DNA of 64,000 nt from Candidatus Thiodiazotropha sp. DIVDIV. Lineage in GTDB: Bacteria; Pseudomonadota; Gammaproteobacteria; Chromatiales; Chromatiaceae. The notes under the pieces are model-generated. The model was given only the letters and a program-made list of their open reading frames with translations. It searched no databases and was not told the origin of the DNA. Numbering within the stretch: position 1 is the first letter of the stretch; every line of letters begins with the position of its first letter. A program made the position numbers and the translations under genes. Positions 59,070 through 64,000 of this stretch are shown here, piece after piece. The stretch covers positions 142,811-206,810 of the forward strand of contig JBEVXD010000006.1 of assembly GCA_040506275.1 (NCBI GenBank), read 5' to 3'.

Positions 59070-60338
59070 ATGCGTTTTAATACCCTTGACCAGTGGCTCG
59101 ACTGGCAAACCACCCTGCATCCGAAAGAGATCGACCTGGGTCTGGAACGGGTAACTGATGTATGGCATCGGCTTAAACCAAAAGGACTCCAGTCACTGGT
59201 AGTGACTGTCGCCGGCACTAATGGCAAAGGCTCCAGTGTAGCGCTGTTGGAGAGCATTTATCGTCATGCAGGGTATCAGGTAGGCGCCTATACCTCGCCC
59301 CATCTAATGCGTTATAACGAACGTATTCGCATCAATGGCCAAGAGGTATCCGATAGCGACCTGTGCCAGGCCTTTGAGCAGGTTGATCAGGCTCGGGGCC
59401 AGACCGTATTGACCTATTTCGAATTTGCCACCCTCACCGCATTGATTCTATTTACGCAGCAGAACCTCGACCTGGTGATTCTTGAAGTGGGTTTAGGCGG
59501 TCGATTGGATGCGGTCAATATCATCGATGCCGATGTGGCTTTGATCACAACCGTGGATCTGGATCATACCGATTGGCTTGGGGATAGCCGCCAACAGATC
59601 GGCCTGGAAAAGGCGGGTATCATGCGTACAAACAGGCCAGTGGTGGTTGGAGACTGCGCGATACCTGAGACAGTGCCTGCATATGCTCAGGAAATAGGTG
59701 CTGAATTCTATTTGGCGGGCAGGGATTTTGAGCTGAGCCGTAACGATGATGTTTGGCAATGGGAGGCGAAGGGAGCCACTTTACTGCCTCTGCCCCAATT
59801 GAGTTTTAACGGCAAAGGGCAGATCAGTAATGTCAGCGCCGTGATGATGGTCTGCTCACTGCTGCAATCCAGATTGCCACTGAATCAGATGCAGATGATC
59901 AATGGTTTGGAGCAAGTCTCATTGCAGGGACGCGCCCAGTTGATTGAGGGAGAGCCTAGCCTGCTACTCGACGTGGCTCACAATCCTCAGTCTGTCGCAT
60001 CGCTTAAGGCGTACCTGGATCGAAATGACTGGCCTGGCAGGATATATGCGCTGTTCGGCCTTTTAAAGGATAAGAATGCCGAATCGATTGTGGAGATCAT
60101 AACTCCTGCTGTCTCAGAGTGGTATCTTATCGATCTTCCAGGAAGCAGGGGGCAAAGTGCTGAACAGTTGGCCAAGACGATTCGACAGAGTGGGGTAGAG
60201 AGTCCTGTTTACTGCCACCACAATTTTTCGAGTGCTTTTGAAGCAGCTCAAGCAGAGGCAGAGCCACAAGACTTGCTGTTGATATTCGGCTCCTTTCTGT
60301 TAGTTGGAGATGCGTTACAGTATTTGAAGGCAGAATGA
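59070..60338 (+). CDS. folC: Bifunctional folylpolyglutamate synthase / dihydrofolate synthase
   Basis: It has the Mur-ligase P-loop VAGTNGKGS. Synteny places it after accD. Confidence 0.9.
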   Translation: MRFNTLDQWLDWQTTLHPKEIDLGLERVTDVWHRLKPKGLQSLVVTVAGTNGKGSSVALLESIYRHAGYQVGAYTSPHLMRYNERIRINGQEVSDSDLCQAFEQVDQARGQTVLTYFEFATLTALILFTQQNLDLVILEVGLGGRLDAVNIIDADVALITTVDLDHTDWLGDSRQQIGLEKAGIMRTNRPVVVGDCAIPETVPAYAQEIGAEFYLAGRDFELSRNDDVWQWEAKGATLLPLPQLSFNGKGQISNVSAVMMVCSLLQSRLPLNQMQMINGLEQVSLQGRAQLIEGEPSLLLDVAHNPQSVASLKAYLDRNDWPGRIYALFGLLKDKNAESIVEIITPAVSEWYLIDLPGSRGQSAEQLAKTIRQSGVESPVYCHHNFSSAFEAAQAEAEPQDLLLIFGSFLLVGDALQYLKAE

Positions 60339-60453
60339 GGTCATCGGTGGGAACTGGTATACTTGCACATTAATATAAACGAGTCGTTAAGGCGGTGGCA
60401 GAAGATGATCTTTTATGGCGCCGTACTAATGTTTAAAAAATCTTCGCTGCTAG

Positions 60454-61020
60454 ATGGATGTGAATGATATGGCCCTGGAGGAGAGACTGAAACAGAGGAT
60501 GCTGGGCGGTGCAGTGCTGGTTGCACTGATCGTCATTTTTGTTCCTATGTTAATCGAAGAGCCGGTTGAGAAACGCGATAAGTCGACCCATTCCATACCG
60601 ATAAAGCCTCAATCACAGACAATCAAACCAGTTCAACCTGTGACACCTGTAAAGCCGCCAAAAAAGGTTGTTTCTGAGGCACCTCCGCCAAAACCTGTGG
60701 TCAAACAGACAGCAAAACCCAAGCCTGTTGTAAAAGCCGAGCCTAAGAAGCCTCTATCCACTGAAAAACCGCGCTCTTCACCTACCGCCTGGATAATACA
60801 GGTGGCCAGCCTTACAAATGAGACGAATGCTGAAAAGTTGGTGGAAAAGTTACGTAAAGCAGATTTGCCGGCACAGATGGAACTTGTCAAATTGGCTGGT
60901 AAACGACACTATCGTATAAGGGTAGGGCCAGAGGTTGATCACAGACTGGCTGAGAAGATGCTTGCTAAGATAAAAAAAGATTTCAAAATGAATCCGAAAC
61001 TGATGCGCTATCCTCAATGA
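60454..61020 (+). CDS. SPOR-domain cell-division protein (DedD-like)
   Basis: A single TM (GGAVLVALIVIFVPMLI) is followed by a Pro/Lys/Val-rich linker and a C-terminal SPOR pattern WIIQVASLTNETNAEKLVEKLRKADL...YRIRVGP. Its position after folC matches dedD. Confidence 0.75.
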   Translation: MDVNDMALEERLKQRMLGGAVLVALIVIFVPMLIEEPVEKRDKSTHSIPIKPQSQTIKPVQPVTPVKPPKKVVSEAPPPKPVVKQTAKPKPVVKAEPKKPLSTEKPRSSPTAWIIQVASLTNETNAEKLVEKLRKADLPAQMELVKLAGKRHYRIRVGPEVDHRLAEKMLAKIKKDFKMNPKLMRYPQ

Positions 61021-61057
61021 GTGATGGATCAATGCTAGGGCCCAGTGGAAACCTGAG

Positions 61058-62011
61058 ATGAATATCGCAACACGTGCACAATCCTATTTCAATGGATGGA
61101 TGGATGATAAAAGCTCGACTAAATGGCTGGAGGGTTTTCTCAGCAGTCAGTTGCCGATCATTGTCACCGTAATACTAATTCTGCTGATCAGCTTACGGGC
61201 TGCAGATCTTACCTGGAGCCTTATACCTGCACCTCAGGTTCCGTTTCATGTACCCCCTACCTCCACGTCACAAACATCGACTTCAAAAGTCTCACCAACT
61301 GACATCAATCAGCTATCAAAACTTGCCAAACTGCACCTTTTCGGTGAAGCCGGTGTGAGCAGAAAGCCAAAGAAGGTTGACAAAAAAGCACCGGAAACCC
61401 GCTTGAACCTCACTTTACATGGTGTTTTCGTGGCTGAGCAGCCTGAAAATGGTGCAGCCATCATCGGCACCGGCTCCAAACAGAAATATCATAAAGTAGG
61501 TGGTGCAGTGATGTCTGGTGTGACACTTCAGGGTGTCTATACCGATCGGGTTGTGCTTATGAGAAAAGGAGAGTCTGAGGTATTGAAATTTCCCAAGATC
61601 AAAAATAAAAGTGCTCCGAGCAAGGGAAGAACTCCTAAAAAAAGCAAACGTACTGTTAAAACCAGGGAGAACTTCGGTCCCAGTGTTGGATCGTCTCGCA
61701 AGGCGAATCTCAGTCAATACCGGGATATGTTGCGTGAAGAGCCTCTAAAGGTTTTCGAATATGTACGTTTTGTACCGGTCAAATCACGTGATGGCATGAA
61801 GGGATATCGCATTCTGCCTCAGAAAAATCGTGAGTTGTACAATCAACTTGGGGTCAGACCTTCTGATCTGGTTACTGCAGTTAATGGCATTCCACTGACC
61901 AATGACAAAGAGGCGATGAAATTGATGGATCAACTCAAAGACTCGCAGACGCTGCAGGTGGATATCATTCGCAATGGCCAGTCCCGGTCATTGAGCTTCG
62001 ATCTAAATTAA
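61058..62011 (+). CDS. gspC: Type II secretion system protein C-like (TM + HR domain + PDZ)
   Basis: The N-terminal TM is followed by ADLTWSLIP. The HR-like segment is LTLHGVFVAEQPENGAAIIGTGSKQKYHKVGGAVMSGVTLQGVYTDRVVLMRKGESEVLKF. The C-terminal PDZ-like segment is GYRILPQKNRELYNQLGVRPSDLVTAVNGIPL. Confidence 0.6.
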   Translation: MNIATRAQSYFNGWMDDKSSTKWLEGFLSSQLPIIVTVILILLISLRAADLTWSLIPAPQVPFHVPPTSTSQTSTSKVSPTDINQLSKLAKLHLFGEAGVSRKPKKVDKKAPETRLNLTLHGVFVAEQPENGAAIIGTGSKQKYHKVGGAVMSGVTLQGVYTDRVVLMRKGESEVLKFPKIKNKSAPSKGRTPKKSKRTVKTRENFGPSVGSSRKANLSQYRDMLREEPLKVFEYVRFVPVKSRDGMKGYRILPQKNRELYNQLGVRPSDLVTAVNGIPLTNDKEAMKLMDQLKDSQTLQVDIIRNGQSRSLSFDLN

Positions 62012-62174
62012 TAAAGGCTGCGGCCAGTGATTGTTATGCTAAGGGGCTAGTGCGTAGCGACTATCCCTTTGAGGCCAAACTACTCTTGGGCAATTCATTA
62101 TGTTTGAGGTGGAGATAGATCATATTCGTAGAATGTCACTTTGCCATCACCACCCTTTGGTCGCTCAATAAACA

Positions 62175-62497
62175 CTAGTGGGCCATGCTGGTAATAAGGT
62201 AACGATCAGCCGTTCCCACTAGATTTTTATCTGGGATTAGAGTGGATTTCAATGACGGGTAGGTTGGATAAGCGGAGCGCCATCCAACATTTTCAGGTGG
62301 TTCCCGCAGGAGATTGTCGGATGGCGCTCCGCTTATCCGACCTACATCAGGTTATGCATTAAGCCATCTAGGAGACAGACACATTCTTACTAAATGAAAT
62401 ATTTAGGACTGGCCGGCCAATTCAAGTGAGTGCAACGACACTGCTGAGGCTTGTGGGACCGGCTGATCGTTACCTTATTTACCGCATGGCCCACTAG
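62175..62497. repeat. Composite MITE-like element, family A, carrying a nested REP-type palindrome
   Basis: The ends are CTAGTGGGCCATGCTGGTAATAAGGTAACGATCAGCC and GGCTGATCGTTACCTTATTTACCGCATGGCCCACTAG. The internal palindrome at 62259-62345 is GTAGGTTGGATAAGCGGAGCGCCATCCAACA / TGTCGGATGGCGCTCCGCTTATCCGACCTAC. The inner segment GGCCAATTCAAGTGAGTGCAACGA matches the 8129-8305 copy in opposite orientation. Confidence 0.65.
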
Positions 62498-62542
62498 CCA
62501 CCAAATAGTGACAGAACAAAGTGACAATATAACTAAGCCAAT

Positions 62543-63214
62543 TCAAAGGTCAGGCGTTGCAGGAGGGGTAGGCTGATTAGGTACCAGAGCCACCTCATCA
62601 CCATTCGCCAATGGGGTAAACATCTCAGCAAATTGCTTGTTGACCGTTGGCCGGAGTAGTGACTCGTCGAATACAGGTGCAATTTCCGGGCGTCGCATTC
62701 TCATCAGTTTCAACAGATCGGTAATTGTGGAGACTGACTGGGGAAGTTGTATCTCTTCAGTCTCTTTGCCGATCTTGTTTGCCAGCCAAGCAAAATAGAA
62801 CAGTTTTACCACCCGTTCTTTCTGCTCATCGTTTTGCCGCTGATAGCCCATGGCTTGCAGCTTTTCCAAGTACTTTTTCCAGTTTTCCTCATACTCCGAG
62901 CCCAACTGATAGAGGGTTTCCCAGGAGAAGATACCGGTATCATGACCGTCATCAAATACGAGACGAATGGCATACTGACCCTGAGGCTCGATTTTTTCGA
63001 TATTGACCGACTCTTTGCCAGTGACAGGGATTTTGCTCGTCTTGACCTCAGCTGCGGTGGAAAAAACACGCAGATATTCACAGGGGAGCTCAAAGTTGGC
63101 TCCATCGGAGAATCGAAGTGCCAGAAGACGGGATTTCCTGTGCAAATTGATTTCAATGGGGCTAGGGGTCTCGGTAGTCATGGTGTCGGTCAGCACAGTT
63201 TGATCAGGGGTCAA
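62543..63214 (-). CDS. DUF971 (gamma-butyrobetaine hydroxylase-like N-terminal) domain fused to a MoaD/ThiS-like beta-grasp domain
   Basis: The N-terminal half LRFSDGANFELPCEYLRV...IEPQGQYAIRLVFDDGHDTGIFSWETLYQL is the DUF971 pattern. The C-terminal half VKLFYFAWLANKIGKETEEIQLP...TPLANGDEVALVP is the MoaD pattern, but it ends NQPTPPATPDL instead of GG. Confidence 0.7.
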   Translation of the reverse strand: MTPDQTVLTDTMTTETPSPIEINLHRKSRLLALRFSDGANFELPCEYLRVFSTAAEVKTSKIPVTGKESVNIEKIEPQGQYAIRLVFDDGHDTGIFSWETLYQLGSEYEENWKKYLEKLQAMGYQRQNDEQKERVVKLFYFAWLANKIGKETEEIQLPQSVSTITDLLKLMRMRRPEIAPVFDESLLRPTVNKQFAEMFTPLANGDEVALVPNQPTPPATPDL

Positions 63215-63287
63215 GGATCATGTCACAGAACAGGTTCCTGCTTCAACCGGGACATATCAATGGGTGAATATTAACCCGGCACCTTAA

Positions 63288-63571
63288 TATTAACCCGGCG
63301 ACTAAGTATGTTGTCTTCAGCCGAAGTGTACCAGCCTGCGGCAAGGCATCAAAACGCCGCTGTAGCACTCCTACAGCAAGTTTTGATAATGCAGTCTGCA
63401 GGCAGGCACACTTCGGCCTCTCTTTTAAAATCATATTGTTAGGGGTTTCAAGCCTGCCCTTGCTCGGTGTTGCGGCTCTTGACAAGGGAACAACCATTGC
63501 CTGCGAGCCGCGCCTTGATCAAAGGCAGGCTTGAAACCCTGAAGACGACATACTTAGTCGCCGGGTTAATA
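63288..63571. repeat. MITE-like element, family B (about 284 bp with ~24-bp terminal inverted repeats)
   Basis: The ends are TATTAACCCGGCGACTAAGTATGT and ACATACTTAGTCGCCGGGTTAATA. Internal inverted repeats are GGGTTTCAAGCCTGCC / GGCAGGCTTGAAACCC and CAGCCGAAGTGT / ACACTTCGGCC. A shorter copy lies at 17101-17186. Confidence 0.7.
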
Positions 63572-63622
63572 GTATATCCATGTGATACCCGCATGCTCAT
63601 TTGAGGCTCATCTCAACGCCTT

Positions 63623-64000
63623 CTAACGTCGCCCGTTACCAGATACCTTGAGCAGTACGCGATCCATACCACGGCTGGTCAAAATGCGTCTCAGCAGAGC
63701 AAAAAGGTAGGTAGGAAAGGTCACCGGATACCTGGTTTTGGCTGATTGGCTCTCCAGGGCGTGAATGACTCGTTTCAAAACTGCTTCGGGAGGCAGTGTG
63801 AATGGGGTGGCAGGACCCTCTTTTTCGAGTCTGGACAACATCGCCTGGTAGTGTGTTCTGTGGGCTGAGTGTTCCGGGTCGATGTTTTTTCGCCACATAG
63901 TAAGGGCATTGTCCCGGAATCGGCTCTCAATAGGTCCAGGCTCAATGAGAGAGACCTGTATGCCACTGTCAGCCAGTTCCATACGAAGGGTATCTGTCAG
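63623..64000 (-). CDS. Short-chain dehydrogenase/reductase (SDR), C-terminal part; gene continues beyond window
   Basis: The minus-strand frame is open to the window edge. ELADSGIQVSLIEPGPIESRF is the typical SDR segment after the catalytic YxxxK region. Confidence 0.7.
   Translation of the reverse strand: MTDTLRMELADSGIQVSLIEPGPIESRFRDNALTMWRKNIDPEHSAHRTHYQAMLSRLEKEGPATPFTLPPEAVLKRVIHALESQSAKTRYPVTFPTYLFALLRRILTSRGMDRVLLKVSGNGRR

Noticed and set aside
62747-63274. 175-aa plus-strand ORF overlapping the DUF971-MoaD gene
   Set aside because: The minus-strand frame gives two recognisable domains. The plus-strand product has no motifs and runs into the MITE-like repeat.
63243-63497. 84-aa minus-strand ORF
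   Set aside because: It lies almost entirely inside the family B MITE-like element and is an artefact of the repeat.
1-64000. Prophage, integrase, transposase, toxin-antitoxin or known defence-system genes
   Set aside because: I scanned all ORF translations for recombinase, nuclease/helicase, reverse transcriptase and TA-like motifs. None was recognisable, and the only mobile DNA is non-autonomous repeats.

Overview
The window reads as a gammaproteobacterial chromosome segment. This is inferred from the conserved leuCDB-asd-fimV-truA-trpFBA-accD-folC-SPOR synteny, tolC, acnB, sthA and lutABC. About 50 protein genes and one tRNA-Leu(CAG) are supportable, and most are core metabolism.

The clearest non-housekeeping content:
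1. A guanidine uptake and degradation operon at 19.8-29.8 kb. It encodes an ABC importer, two DUF1989 proteins, a urea/guanidine carboxylase and an allophanate hydrolase. A textbook guanidine-I (ykkC) aptamer precedes it. A second riboswitch of a different class (guanidine-II / mini-ykkC, two ACGA-loop hairpins) lies immediately upstream of the carboxylase gene.
2. An uncharacterised, divergently transcribed five-gene module at 30.1-34.5 kb. It is built around Roadblock/LC7-like proteins and an FprA/ODP-like MBL-fold protein, with no visible GTPase or kinase.
3. A triple ~350-bp tandem array directly after a sugE/gdx-like exporter gene.
4. At least three families of palindromic or MITE-like repeats scattered in intergenic regions, two of which overlap stop codons.
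5. A MACPF-like lipoprotein candidate, an RTX-repeat protein with a recent internal duplication, an accessory phospholipid-synthesis trio and a DUF971-MoaD-like fusion.

I saw no CRISPR array, rRNA, transposase, integrase or recognisable phage or defence genes. All functional calls come from reading motifs in the supplied translations, with no database searches, so family assignments are recognition-based and start codons are approximate.
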